This document shows, piece after piece, positions 13,669 to 23,700 of a stretch of DNA of 64,000 bases. The stretch is from contig OZ242365.1 of NCBI GenBank assembly GCA_965208905.1, forward strand, positions 1,408,001 through 1,472,000, read 5' to 3'. Origin of the DNA: Nitrosopumilaceae archaeon. Lineage in GTDB: Archaea; Thermoproteota; Nitrososphaeria; Nitrososphaerales; Nitrosopumilaceae. Both the position numbers and the translations under genes were made by a program. Positions within the stretch are counted from its first letter, which is position 1; every line of letters begins with the position of its first letter. The notes beneath the pieces were generated by a model. It had not been told where the DNA came from and did no database searches. It saw only the letters and a list, made by a program, of their open reading frames with translations.

Positions 13669-16326
13669 GTGAATGTAATTTGGATGGCATTGTTGTTATC
13701 TTGGGCCGCCTTTGTATCGGCATCATATGCAGATGTGTCGTATCATACAAGCGGATTTCATGCGTTGGATGGCCCAACCGGCATAGATACAATCACCATA
13801 CAAAACCACACATATGCCATAGTGAGTAGTTCTGTTGATGGGGCAGTCCAGATACTAAATATAACCAACCCCTATACACCACAGCCTGTATACAGTATAT
13901 CTGGCCAATACCTAATTGATGCGCAGGATGTTGTCGCAGTAAACGTGGGAGATGAAGCATACATCATGATAGCTGGTGCCAAGACCGGTTCAATACAGAT
14001 TATAGATATTACCAATCCACAAGCACCCCTAATCATAGGAGACATTGCAGGATTTGAGACGTCAGATGACATGGGAGAGTTAGATCACATAGATGGCAGT
14101 CGTGCCGTTGATGACACATCTGGATTTGAGGCGCTGGGGGGTGTTAACAGTCTCGAACTTTTGTCACTGCCAGGCAACTATACATATGTGGTAGCTTCGG
14201 GCCCCGCAGATGATGCAATTCAGATAATGGATGTAACATTTTATGATTATCCGGGCCACATCTTTGACTACAATTGCATGTATGCACCCCGACCAGTAGC
14301 CAGCATATTTGATGGAGAGTATGATACAATATTAGATGGTGCATGGAGTACGCTTCCCATCAAAAAGTGGGACCGGGAGTACATACTTGCAGTGGGATCA
14401 AGCAGCTACATATCGGTTTTAGACGTAAGCCACATAACCACACCACATACGGACTTGCGCCCTTGTGATGACCCGCGCAGGAGCGGAACGTATCAGGATG
14501 GCAGTACTGCAGATTCATCTTCAGTACCACCATACACAGGGAGTTCATCCTTGTTTGGACCCCAGCCAATAGTTAGCATAACCAATAGTACAGCAGGGTT
14601 TGAGTCTTTATACAGCATAAACAAGATGGTTGCCATTACACATACAGATGATAACACAATACCAACGCGAGTCTACGAGGATATAGTACAAAGGACAGAG
14701 GGTACAAATGATACAACCTCCCTTAAACGAGGACCAACCCACATAATAGCGATTAGTGATAACTCTGTTCAAGTTATCAGAGTTAACAGCACATATGCAC
14801 ATTACCTAAACTCCACACATGATACGATACGACTGCCTCCCAAGACAGACATACCGGACATCACACTGACATCCGTGCATACAATATACGATGATACCGA
14901 CGGGTTTGAGGCGCTGGGCGGTGCTCGCGACATCAAACTTGCGTATATGAACAATCATACTATTGGCGTTATAGCAGGATTTGATGATGATGCACTACAG
15001 ATAATAGACTTTACCATACCCGAAGACCCTAAGCCCATATCCAGCATATTTGATGGCATAAATGGGTTTGAGGCCTTGGGTGGCGTATATGGTATCGAAA
15101 TTACAGATATTGGTGATAATACATACGTCATAGCCGCAAGTCATCTTGATGATGGTGTGCAGATAATAGACATTACCAATCCGTACAAGCCATTACCGGT
15201 ATCCGGCGTGTTTGATCACAGTTACTTTGACTCTTTGGGAGGGGCCAACCATGTCACCATATCGGAGATATCAGATAGATTATACGCCATGGTAACTGCC
15301 TCTTCAGACAACTCCCTTCAAATAATTGACTTTACCTCCCCTGAGTATCCTGTATCGGCTGCCAGCATACGCGATGATGCTGATGGGTTTGAGGCCTTGG
15401 GTGGCGCGCAGGACTTTGTATCAGCTACTATTAAAAATCGCACATATGGAGCCGTTGTGGGCCATTCAGACAATGCAGTCCAGATCATAGACATCACAGT
15501 ACCAAACAATCCAAAGCCCATATCTGCAATATTCGATGATACTGATGGGTTTGAGGCCCTGGGTGGCGCCAACGGCATAGATGCAGTTACAATACATAGG
15601 CACACATATCTTGTAGTGGCCAGCAAGTCAGACAATGCAGTACAGGTAGTCAACATGACCGACCCCGCACATCCCAGGCCTGTATATGCAATATTTGATG
15701 ATACCGATGGGTTTGAGGCCCTGGGTGGCGCCAGCAAGGTACAATGCCACAACACATACTGTCTAGTAACTGCAAACACAGATGATGCCGTCCAGATACT
15801 AAACATTACACAGGATGGTTCCCCGCAGCCGCTTGCAGCCATATTTGATGGCCAAGATGGCTTTAAATCTCTAAAAGATGCCGGCGAGATACAAATTACA
15901 ACCATAAACAGTCAGACATTGGCAGTTGTTACGGCCAGGGGGGATGATGGTTTACAGATTATAGACATAACAAACCCCATATCTCCAAAAGTAGTCTCCA
16001 ACCTGTTCCGTTACACAGAGGGATTTGACTCGCTGAGCGGTATTCGAAATGTAAGCATATACAATGACACATATGCCATTACAGCCAACGGACTAGGCGG
16101 TACTGTATCCATAATAGACATGACATCTCCAGATTCGCCCAAAGTCATATCATCGATAAATTATCATATGTATGGTCTAGGTGACCTGTACGGCGTAACC
16201 GGCATAGACATATACAACAACACCTATGCCGTATTTTCCAGCAAAGACAAGAGCAGTGTCTTAATATTTGATATTGCAGAGCCGTCTTCACCCCGACTGG
16301 TATCTGTGATTAATGATCAAAAATAA
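13669..16326 (+). CDS. Secreted LVIVD-repeat beta-propeller protein
   Basis: Signal peptide; many repeats of DxAVQIIDITxPxxPxPVxxIFDDxDGFEALGGA. Confidence 0.85.
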   Translation: MNVIWMALLLSWAAFVSASYADVSYHTSGFHALDGPTGIDTITIQNHTYAIVSSSVDGAVQILNITNPYTPQPVYSISGQYLIDAQDVVAVNVGDEAYIMIAGAKTGSIQIIDITNPQAPLIIGDIAGFETSDDMGELDHIDGSRAVDDTSGFEALGGVNSLELLSLPGNYTYVVASGPADDAIQIMDVTFYDYPGHIFDYNCMYAPRPVASIFDGEYDTILDGAWSTLPIKKWDREYILAVGSSSYISVLDVSHITTPHTDLRPCDDPRRSGTYQDGSTADSSSVPPYTGSSSLFGPQPIVSITNSTAGFESLYSINKMVAITHTDDNTIPTRVYEDIVQRTEGTNDTTSLKRGPTHIIAISDNSVQVIRVNSTYAHYLNSTHDTIRLPPKTDIPDITLTSVHTIYDDTDGFEALGGARDIKLAYMNNHTIGVIAGFDDDALQIIDFTIPEDPKPISSIFDGINGFEALGGVYGIEITDIGDNTYVIAASHLDDGVQIIDITNPYKPLPVSGVFDHSYFDSLGGANHVTISEISDRLYAMVTASSDNSLQIIDFTSPEYPVSAASIRDDADGFEALGGAQDFVSATIKNRTYGAVVGHSDNAVQIIDITVPNNPKPISAIFDDTDGFEALGGANGIDAVTIHRHTYLVVASKSDNAVQVVNMTDPAHPRPVYAIFDDTDGFEALGGASKVQCHNTYCLVTANTDDAVQILNITQDGSPQPLAAIFDGQDGFKSLKDAGEIQITTINSQTLAVVTARGDDGLQIIDITNPISPKVVSNLFRYTEGFDSLSGIRNVSIYNDTYAITANGLGGTVSIIDMTSPDSPKVISSINYHMYGLGDLYGVTGIDIYNNTYAVFSSKDKSSVLIFDIAEPSSPRLVSVINDQK

Positions 16327-16834
16327 CCACATAATCCACCCATGATGTATAAAGTTCATAACACCATGATGAATCTACATGGCTGGAAGTGGAGTGGCAG
16401 CCTGGCCAGTGTGAAATGATGATCCAAAGTGGACAACTGATCGTAAGATAATGTAGTGAGTCTCGGACATATCCGCCAAGACCACCAAGATACCTAATAT
16501 GTGGTCTTGCAAATATCAAGAGCACGAGTCTGTCGCCAACCTAGGGAAAAATTACATACTCGAATCCACTATCAGTACTGTCTAGGTGCATATTCAACCA
16601 TACATGACTCTGCCAGGATAACGCGCACTTTCATGTTATTGGTTATACCTAACACCTGACTCTAGAACCCAACTCTTGACATGTTTGGCCGTTCCAAACA
16701 CCGCACACTCACAATCTGGATTGATCGAGTTGCTACGGTAGAATCATAAAGCCATTCAGACATCCAATTCTCAAATTTGCAGCAATACCGGCCCACCTAC
16801 AGTATTTATTAATATAATCAGGTAAACAATCCTA

Positions 16835-18562
16835 ATGCGCTATTGTGAGCATTCCTATATGCGTGGTAGCGGGTATCACTTTTGCGTAAAGTGTGGTCAA
16901 AGACGATGTCACAATACACGCAGGGTGGCGTATGTCTGTCTACCCTTGGCAGTGGGCTTAGTTGTGGTACTGCTTTTCTTTCCAAATGTATCAATACCAC
17001 ATGAGCTCTACGAAGTAACTGCGATTGATACACATGCTGATACTGCAGCAGCACATTCAAGGCCAGACACACATACTGTTTTAGACAAGATTGATCAGCA
17101 GATGACCACTAATGCGACAGATAAAGCCGATGACAGTGTAGATGTGTCCGTACTTGCTACAGGTAGTCAAGATCATACGGTTGTTAAAACAACAAACTCT
17201 GCACACGATGTTCAGCATATTCCCAATGAGTTGAAATCATACATGTTGAGCCTAATCAATACACATAGGGCAGGTGTTGGACTTGATCCAGTCATACTAG
17301 GATCCAATCCTGCTGCACAGAATCACGCCGACTCCATGCTACAAAATTGCTTCTCTAGTCATTGGGGAATAGACGGCCTTAAACCATATATGCGATATTC
17401 TTTGGCTGGCGGTTATCAATCTAATGCAGAGAATGTATCCGGGCTGGACTATTGTATTAAACCATGGGACGGATATATTCCCAATGGGCCATTACAAAAC
17501 GAGATTGATGAAATAATGTCGGGGTTAATGTCAAGTCCCGGACACAAGAACAACATACTGAATCCGCACCACTACGCTGTGAATATCGGCCTAGCATGGG
17601 ACTCTTATAATATGCAGATAGTACAACATTTTGAGCACAACTATGTACAATTCATGCAACCTCCTGATATAACAGACGGTACACTTACAATGTCCGGTAA
17701 TGCAATAGGTACTTCTGGGTTTCCATCAGATAATGATTTAGGAGTTCAGATATATTATGATCCAACACCCCACAATCTAACACTAGGACAAGTAAGCAGA
17801 ACCTACTGCTATGACAGTGGAATGCTTGTTACGTCACTGCGTCCACAACTGGACGGTGGCTGGTATTATCCATCTGACACATTCATCCGCACGAGTCATG
17901 AGCGATGTCCAGACCCGTACGACATACCACCTGATGCGCCAGCCCCCACATCACCTGATGAAGCATATGGGATTTACATAGAAGTAGCCAACGCCATTGC
18001 ATTCTCAACATCAAAAGTACTCCCCTGGACTGACTCACACACCATGACTACGTCTGGTGATGCATTTGAGGTCAAAGCCGACATATCTAAAACCATACAA
18101 AAGTATGGGTCTGGTGTGTACACCATAGTTGTCTGGGGTGTAGCACATAATGAAGATGTTGTAATAGCGGATGTTGCTCTGTTCTATGATGCGGAACTTG
18201 GGAATACTTATCATTGGATAGATGATCTTCCACAGGATGCCTTTCGAGGCAAACTCACCCGTATAGTTGATGCCGGTACGCTGGAGATAGACAACCACAT
18301 ATACAAATTGACTCTCATCAATTTTCCTGAAAAGGGTGAACCTGGCTATGATGATGCCAATGACATTGTACAAGATACCTGTCTGCAAGATAGCATAGTG
18401 CACATATACATAGACGGCGAGCAGGAACACAGCCCTCTATTAGCTCAGGTCTGGTGCGGACATACCCATCTACAGACGGTCCTACTGGACAGCGGCCACG
18501 TTGAATTTGACTTCGCCCAATGTAATATGACGGACTTGGAAGGGGATTGGATACGGTGTTGA
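16835..18562 (+). CDS. Membrane-anchored CAP/SCP-domain protein with C-terminal thermonuclease-like domain
   Basis: N-terminal Cys/His cluster plus TM; CAP motifs LINxHR, AQNHADSM, FSSHW, ENV, SSPGHKNNIL; C-terminal RIVDAGTL...FPEKGEPGY. Confidence 0.8.
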   Translation: MRYCEHSYMRGSGYHFCVKCGQRRCHNTRRVAYVCLPLAVGLVVVLLFFPNVSIPHELYEVTAIDTHADTAAAHSRPDTHTVLDKIDQQMTTNATDKADDSVDVSVLATGSQDHTVVKTTNSAHDVQHIPNELKSYMLSLINTHRAGVGLDPVILGSNPAAQNHADSMLQNCFSSHWGIDGLKPYMRYSLAGGYQSNAENVSGLDYCIKPWDGYIPNGPLQNEIDEIMSGLMSSPGHKNNILNPHHYAVNIGLAWDSYNMQIVQHFEHNYVQFMQPPDITDGTLTMSGNAIGTSGFPSDNDLGVQIYYDPTPHNLTLGQVSRTYCYDSGMLVTSLRPQLDGGWYYPSDTFIRTSHERCPDPYDIPPDAPAPTSPDEAYGIYIEVANAIAFSTSKVLPWTDSHTMTTSGDAFEVKADISKTIQKYGSGVYTIVVWGVAHNEDVVIADVALFYDAELGNTYHWIDDLPQDAFRGKLTRIVDAGTLEIDNHIYKLTLINFPEKGEPGYDDANDIVQDTCLQDSIVHIYIDGEQEHSPLLAQVWCGHTHLQTVLLDSGHVEFDFAQCNMTDLEGDWIRC

Positions 18563-18566
18563 CAGT

Positions 18567-19778
18567 ATGTTTGGTTTTACATTTAAATCTAAAAATAAAA
18601 ATAAACCCAAGTCAAAATATCTCATTGAATTTAGATTCTCAGGTTATGCCAAACGCACCATCAAAGATCTACAATCAGCAATCTCAAGGAACTTTCCGAT
18701 TTCGTCTCGTAGAAGGTATGTGCCGCATATTACACTAGTCGGGCCGCTATACACCAGAGATGCCAAAAGGATGATCACCGAGGTTCAAAACGTGATCAAG
18801 CAGCAACGTACTACCCCCACATTCCAAATAGATGGTTTTGGTGTGTTCGAAGATAGGGCAATATTTGTTAAAATCACACCATCGCCGGAGTTGATCCAAC
18901 TACGCAAAGAGATCATAGAACGATTAGATGGATTTTGTGAACTAGGGGAGTATGATCGTGGTACGTACAATCCGCATGCTACACTACTACTGAATACAGA
19001 TTTACAAAAAGGTAGACAAGACTATCAATTCAACAAGATACTAAAGTATCTTGACAGTTGGAAGGTGCCAAGCATGAAACAAGGTGTGTTGCGTATAACA
19101 ATACTGAACAGTCATGGCAAGATCGCATGTGAATACGACCTGATACTCAAAAAACTTCTTGACCGTCAGGATGCACTTGATAGCGATATGCGCAAAAAAA
19201 CATTGGACCAATGGCGTAAGCAAAATTCCCCCATAACACAACAGTACTCGGATCCTGTTGTTGAGAATAACCGTACATTTGTGGTAAGTGATCTTCATTT
19301 TGACCATGACAACATAATACGATTCTGTAACCGGCCTTTCCAATCGGTACGCGATATGAACCAAACAATGGTAGACAACTGGAACAAGACTGTAGACTAC
19401 AATGACAGGGTTTACTATCTAGGTGACATGACCTATGGCCGGCAGAGGAGGCCCATTGATTTCTGGCTCTCAAAACTGAACGGAAATATCCTGTTTATAC
19501 GAGGTAACCACGACACCGATATCATCACAAGAGCGACTGTTTTAAAAGACAAGTTCCATATAATGTACAAAGAATATGAATTTCTATTGATGCATGATCC
19601 ATACAGACCAAAACACTATGACGGTTGGATCATTCATGGTGATAAGCACAACAATAGTCCTGATAAGTATCCACATGTTTGTTATGAAAACAAGACCATC
19701 AACGTATGTGCAGAGTTTACTGAATACACGCCCCTGAATCTAAATAACATAGTCACATCCATCACCGCTCGCAGATAG
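18567..19778 (+). CDS. 2H phosphoesterase (2'-5' RNA ligase family) fused to a calcineurin-like metallophosphoesterase
   Basis: Two HxT motifs (PHITL, PHATL); SDLHFDH, LGD, RGNHD, MH, IHGDKH. Confidence 0.88.
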   Translation: MFGFTFKSKNKNKPKSKYLIEFRFSGYAKRTIKDLQSAISRNFPISSRRRYVPHITLVGPLYTRDAKRMITEVQNVIKQQRTTPTFQIDGFGVFEDRAIFVKITPSPELIQLRKEIIERLDGFCELGEYDRGTYNPHATLLLNTDLQKGRQDYQFNKILKYLDSWKVPSMKQGVLRITILNSHGKIACEYDLILKKLLDRQDALDSDMRKKTLDQWRKQNSPITQQYSDPVVENNRTFVVSDLHFDHDNIIRFCNRPFQSVRDMNQTMVDNWNKTVDYNDRVYYLGDMTYGRQRRPIDFWLSKLNGNILFIRGNHDTDIITRATVLKDKFHIMYKEYEFLLMHDPYRPKHYDGWIIHGDKHNNSPDKYPHVCYENKTINVCAEFTEYTPLNLNNIVTSITARR

Positions 19779-20036
19779 ACTACCTACAAAAGTGCTTAAC
19801 GATAAACCGTCCAGCCACGAACTGGCAATGGAAGAGATCTGTTAACTAGTCGCATGTACACATTGTGCATATCCCAAAGTTACTAACTACTCTAGTAAGG
19901 GTAGTTCTGATTCACATGCTTCCTTTCCAACACCTATATCAAAATCCATGCGGTTGTTAAAGCCGACAAGCTTGTAAATCTTCCACGATGTATGGTAGTA
20001 AATTTTATACGTGTATACAAAATTTATCACGATATA

Positions 20037-20939
20037 ATGTTGTTTTCAATACAAGGCAAAAGACTCAACAGAATAAGAGAAATAGGTTTTGAGTTAGAAT
20101 CAGAGCTGCAACGCCTAATAGAAAACAACCTAGAATCCATACTAGAGATCAGTTTTGTAAAAAACGAGATGAAAGTGAGAAACTTTCGCATCGATACGGT
20201 TGGATTTGATCCGGACTCTAGGTCCTTTGTGATTGTAGAGTATAAACGGGACAAAAACCAATCTATAATAGATCAGGGCATGGCATACGTGTCACTACTG
20301 CTGGAAAACAAGGCAGAATTCATACTTGCGTATAATGAAAAATTTCAAAAGCCTATACGAAAGGAAGACATAGATTGGACATCATCAAGAATTGTTTTTA
20401 TCGCCAAATCGTTTACCGAGCATCAAAAACAGGCATCGGGGTTCAAGGATCTGCCCATAGAGCTTTATGAGATAAAACATTACGAAAACAAAACCATACT
20501 GTGTAATTCGGTAACCACAAAAAACACAGAATCAATTAAAACTATACGTAAGAAACCAAACGACAGAATCAATAAGGAGATAAGAACATACACTGAAGAA
20601 GATCATCTAGCAAGGGCGGCCCCGGAAATAAAACAGATTTACGTAGAAATCAAACAGATCATGGAATCTTTGTATGATGACATGCAGGTTATTCCAAAAA
20701 AATTGGCGATAACGTTCAAAGCAGAACATAAGTTTGCTTGGGTTGTTTTACGCAAGAATGCTATTGATGTCTATCTCAAAGCCAAAGTAGACCGTCTAGA
20801 TGATTCCAAAAGAATTCTACAGGATGTCACCAATATCGGCCACTGGGGCGGAGGCGACTCACGGATAAGAATTGCAACGACCTCAGAGTTACCATATGTG
20901 CGTGGCCTGATTGAACAAGCCTACACTGAATTCAAGTGA
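20037..20939 (+). CDS. PD-(D/E)xK nuclease-like N-terminus plus DUF5655-type C-terminal domain protein
   Basis: E...RIDT...IVEYK...Q...Y nuclease motif; C-terminal DVTNIGHWGGGD. Confidence 0.75.
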   Translation: MLFSIQGKRLNRIREIGFELESELQRLIENNLESILEISFVKNEMKVRNFRIDTVGFDPDSRSFVIVEYKRDKNQSIIDQGMAYVSLLLENKAEFILAYNEKFQKPIRKEDIDWTSSRIVFIAKSFTEHQKQASGFKDLPIELYEIKHYENKTILCNSVTTKNTESIKTIRKKPNDRINKEIRTYTEEDHLARAAPEIKQIYVEIKQIMESLYDDMQVIPKKLAITFKAEHKFAWVVLRKNAIDVYLKAKVDRLDDSKRILQDVTNIGHWGGGDSRIRIATTSELPYVRGLIEQAYTEFK

Positions 20940-20956
20940 CAAATAGGCAGGTTCAC

Positions 20957-22255
20957 ATGAATCCAAAACATAAAACAAAATTCAAGAAGGTGAAATGGCT
21001 CTTTGGCAGGGAGATTGAGATTCCAGAAGGATGGAAATGGGAAAAACTAGAAAATAATTCTACATTAAAGGGTAGAATTGGTTGGCAAGGATTAACAACT
21101 GCCGAATACCTAAAACATGGTAAGTATTATCTCGTAACAGGAACTGATTTTAAAAACGGTTCCATTTATTGGGAAAATTGTGTTTATGTAAATAAAGACC
21201 GTTACTCTCAAGATTCTAACATTCAACTAAAGAAAAATGATGTCTTAGTTACAAAAGATGGAACGATAGGAAAAGTTGCCTTTGTTTATATTCTTTCAAA
21301 ACCTGCAACACTAAACAGCGGAGTTTTTGTCATTCGTCCAATTAACAAAACGTATTTTCCTTTATTCCTATACTATGTTTTACGCTCAGATTATTTTGAG
21401 AAGTTTCTAGATAGACTCAAAGCAGGATCAACCATTAATCATCTATATCAAAAAGATTTTGTTAATTTTAAATTTCCGATCCCATCGAGATCAGAACAAA
21501 CCCGTATTGCATCAATCCTTGGCGGAGTTGATGCATGTATAGAGGCCACACAGAAAATAATTGAAAAATATGAGAGATTAAAGAAAGGCCTAATGCAGCA
21601 TCTTTTAAGTCACGGGATTAATCATACCAAATTCAAAAAAGTGAAATGGTATTATAACAAAGAAATAAAAATTCCATATAAGTGGGAGTGGAGTGAATTG
21701 GGTAACGAAGGGAGCCTTTCTTCAGGTGCCACACCTAAACGCGATCACCCTAAATATTACAATGGTAATATTTTATGGGTTTCAAGTGGAGAATTAAATT
21801 ACAATTTAATTACAACGACTAACGAATTAATAACTGTCCTCGGTCTACAAAAAACTAATTTAAAAATTCACTCAGAAGGTACTTTTCTTTTTGCAATTAC
21901 TGGATTAGAAGCAAGAGGAACGAGAGGGCGGTGCGCAATCTTGGGAAGACCTGCCACTATTAACCAATCCTGTATGGCTTTTTATAATTCTTCATTAGAT
22001 GTTAAATTTTTATTTTACTATTTTTTAGCATTTGGAGAAAAAATTATTTTTGCAACAGCACAAGGAACAAAACAACAAAGTTTAAATTTAGAAATATCTA
22101 AGAAAATCAAAATTCCTATTCCGTCTTTCTCAGAACAACAAAAGATTGCATCAATCCTGTCAGGAGTTGATGCAATTCAAAATCTGTTTTGGCCTATAAA
22201 AATATGTGTAGGATTAGTAATGTTTTTAATACTTTTAAGAGTAGTAAAACTATGA
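20957..22255 (+). CDS. hsdS: Type I R-M specificity subunit, copy 1 (two TRDs, C-terminal conserved helix missing)
   Basis: IPEGW, EQTRIASIL...LKKGLMQHLL, second TRD ending EQQKIASILSGVDA, then an unrelated tail. Confidence 0.9.
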   Translation: MNPKHKTKFKKVKWLFGREIEIPEGWKWEKLENNSTLKGRIGWQGLTTAEYLKHGKYYLVTGTDFKNGSIYWENCVYVNKDRYSQDSNIQLKKNDVLVTKDGTIGKVAFVYILSKPATLNSGVFVIRPINKTYFPLFLYYVLRSDYFEKFLDRLKAGSTINHLYQKDFVNFKFPIPSRSEQTRIASILGGVDACIEATQKIIEKYERLKKGLMQHLLSHGINHTKFKKVKWYYNKEIKIPYKWEWSELGNEGSLSSGATPKRDHPKYYNGNILWVSSGELNYNLITTTNELITVLGLQKTNLKIHSEGTFLFAITGLEARGTRGRCAILGRPATINQSCMAFYNSSLDVKFLFYYFLAFGEKIIFATAQGTKQQSLNLEISKKIKIPIPSFSEQQKIASILSGVDAIQNLFWPIKICVGLVMFLILLRVVKL

Positions 22256-22464
22256 GTACAATCGTACAGAAAAAGACGTATGCAGTGATAATTGCAAAAG
22301 ATCTTGAAGAAGGAGGATTTGTCGGTACGTGTGATGAACTGCATGCAGTTTCAGAAGGAGATACATTTGGGGAGATCGTAGAAAATATGAAAGAAGCAAT
22401 GGAGTTAGCGGCCGAAGAATCTGGAAATCCAACTAACTTCAATATGTTAGTAGTAGAATGCTAA
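22252..22464 (+). CDS. hicB: HicB-family antitoxin (short form)
   Basis: YAVII...GGFVG...SEGDTFGEIVENMKEAMEL; ATGA overlap with the hsdS stop. Confidence 0.85.
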   Translation: MSTIVQKKTYAVIIAKDLEEGGFVGTCDELHAVSEGDTFGEIVENMKEAMELAAEESGNPTNFNMLVVEC

Positions 22465-22700
22465 TGTCAAAGTTTCCAAGTGTGTCAGGTAATCAAATGA
22501 CAAAATATCTTCAAAGTAAGGGGTTCGCCATAACAAAGAGAAGAGGAAGTCATGTAACATTAAGATACAAAAATATTTTTACAGTTATACCTTTGGGTAG
22601 TAAAAGGCTGAAGATCAGAACTCAGTTTTCCATACTACTGTATGCTGGTATTAGTAAAGAAGAATTTGTTAATGACTATGACAGTGGGCTGGTAGCATAA
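22464..22700 (+). CDS. hicA: HicA-family toxin
   Basis: KFPSVSG...L..KGF...RRGSH motif; overlaps the hicB stop. Confidence 0.88.
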   Translation: MSKFPSVSGNQMTKYLQSKGFAITKRRGSHVTLRYKNIFTVIPLGSKRLKIRTQFSILLYAGISKEEFVNDYDSGLVA

Positions 22701-22757
22701 AGTAGCTGATAACTCTCACTTGCAAGTAGAAATAGAAACTTTTCGATTAATCTATAC

Positions 22758-23678
22758 ATGTCCAAACACACAAATCAAAGAAGTATGATGCTGTTTGAAG
22801 AATCAATAAAATCAAAATACACCAAGCAGAATTACATATCACATCTAAACCAATTCAAAAAGTTTAGCGGTATATCTAATGTAGATCATTGGCTGAATAT
22901 TCCATCAAATGAACTACAAACTGTACTAGAAGATTATGTCATATACTTAAAGCATACTACGAGCCCAAACTCTATCCCATCAAAGCTTAGGGGCATAAGA
23001 CATTTTTTTGTGATGAACCGAATTAAGCTTGACTGGGACATAATTTGTAAGATGTTCCCTCCTAAACAAAAAACTTCTACTTTGAGAGCATACACCACAG
23101 GAGAGGTACAAAAGATGCTTTTGCATACCAAGAACTCAAGAGATAAAGCTCTAATTCACTTCCTGGCATCAACCGGAGCAAGAATCGGAGTGTTTGATCA
23201 CCCGTTGTTAATAAAACATAGACAAAAAATGCCATCAAATTGCACTGCGTTTCTGTTTTATGCAGGAACTGTTGAAGAATATTGGTCATTTCTCACACCG
23301 CAGGCAACTAAGATACTTGATGTCTATCACAACATACGTAAACGCGACGGTGAAACTTTTAAGCCAGACACTCCCATATTTGTAACATCAAAACATAATT
23401 CAACTCAGCTTAGTTGGAGTGGTGCACGCTCTGTAATATATAGAAATATTTCTAAAACCACAATAAGACTCAAGCATGGTAATCGTTTTAACGTTCAAGC
23501 AGACCATGGATTTAGAAAAAGATTTAACACCATACTTAAGATGGATAATTCTGTAAACCATAATATAGCAGAAAAATTAATGGGGCATAAAAATGGTCTA
23601 GATGGGGTATATTTTACTCCGTCGCTGGAAGAATTATTTACAGAATTTAAAAAGGTTATAAATCGATTGCAGATCTAA
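22758..23678 (+). CDS. Tyrosine recombinase (site-specific invertase/integrase)
   Basis: Catalytic R (STGARIG), HxxR (HGFRKR), H (LMGH), Y (GVYF). Confidence 0.93.
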   Translation: MSKHTNQRSMMLFEESIKSKYTKQNYISHLNQFKKFSGISNVDHWLNIPSNELQTVLEDYVIYLKHTTSPNSIPSKLRGIRHFFVMNRIKLDWDIICKMFPPKQKTSTLRAYTTGEVQKMLLHTKNSRDKALIHFLASTGARIGVFDHPLLIKHRQKMPSNCTAFLFYAGTVEEYWSFLTPQATKILDVYHNIRKRDGETFKPDTPIFVTSKHNSTQLSWSGARSVIYRNISKTTIRLKHGNRFNVQADHGFRKRFNTILKMDNSVNHNIAEKLMGHKNGLDGVYFTPSLEELFTEFKKVINRLQI

Positions 23679-23700
23679 CTGTGTCGATGAAAATGTGTAA

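Noticed and set aside
14890-15740. Regularly spaced ~26-bp repeats resembling a CRISPR array
   Set aside because: They are in-frame coding repeats (GFEALGG) of the LVIVD protein with long spacing, and no cas genes are present.
22758-23678. Integrase as evidence of a provirus or integrative element
   Set aside because: No tRNA att site or viral genes are visible; its position between inverted hsdS sites explains it better.
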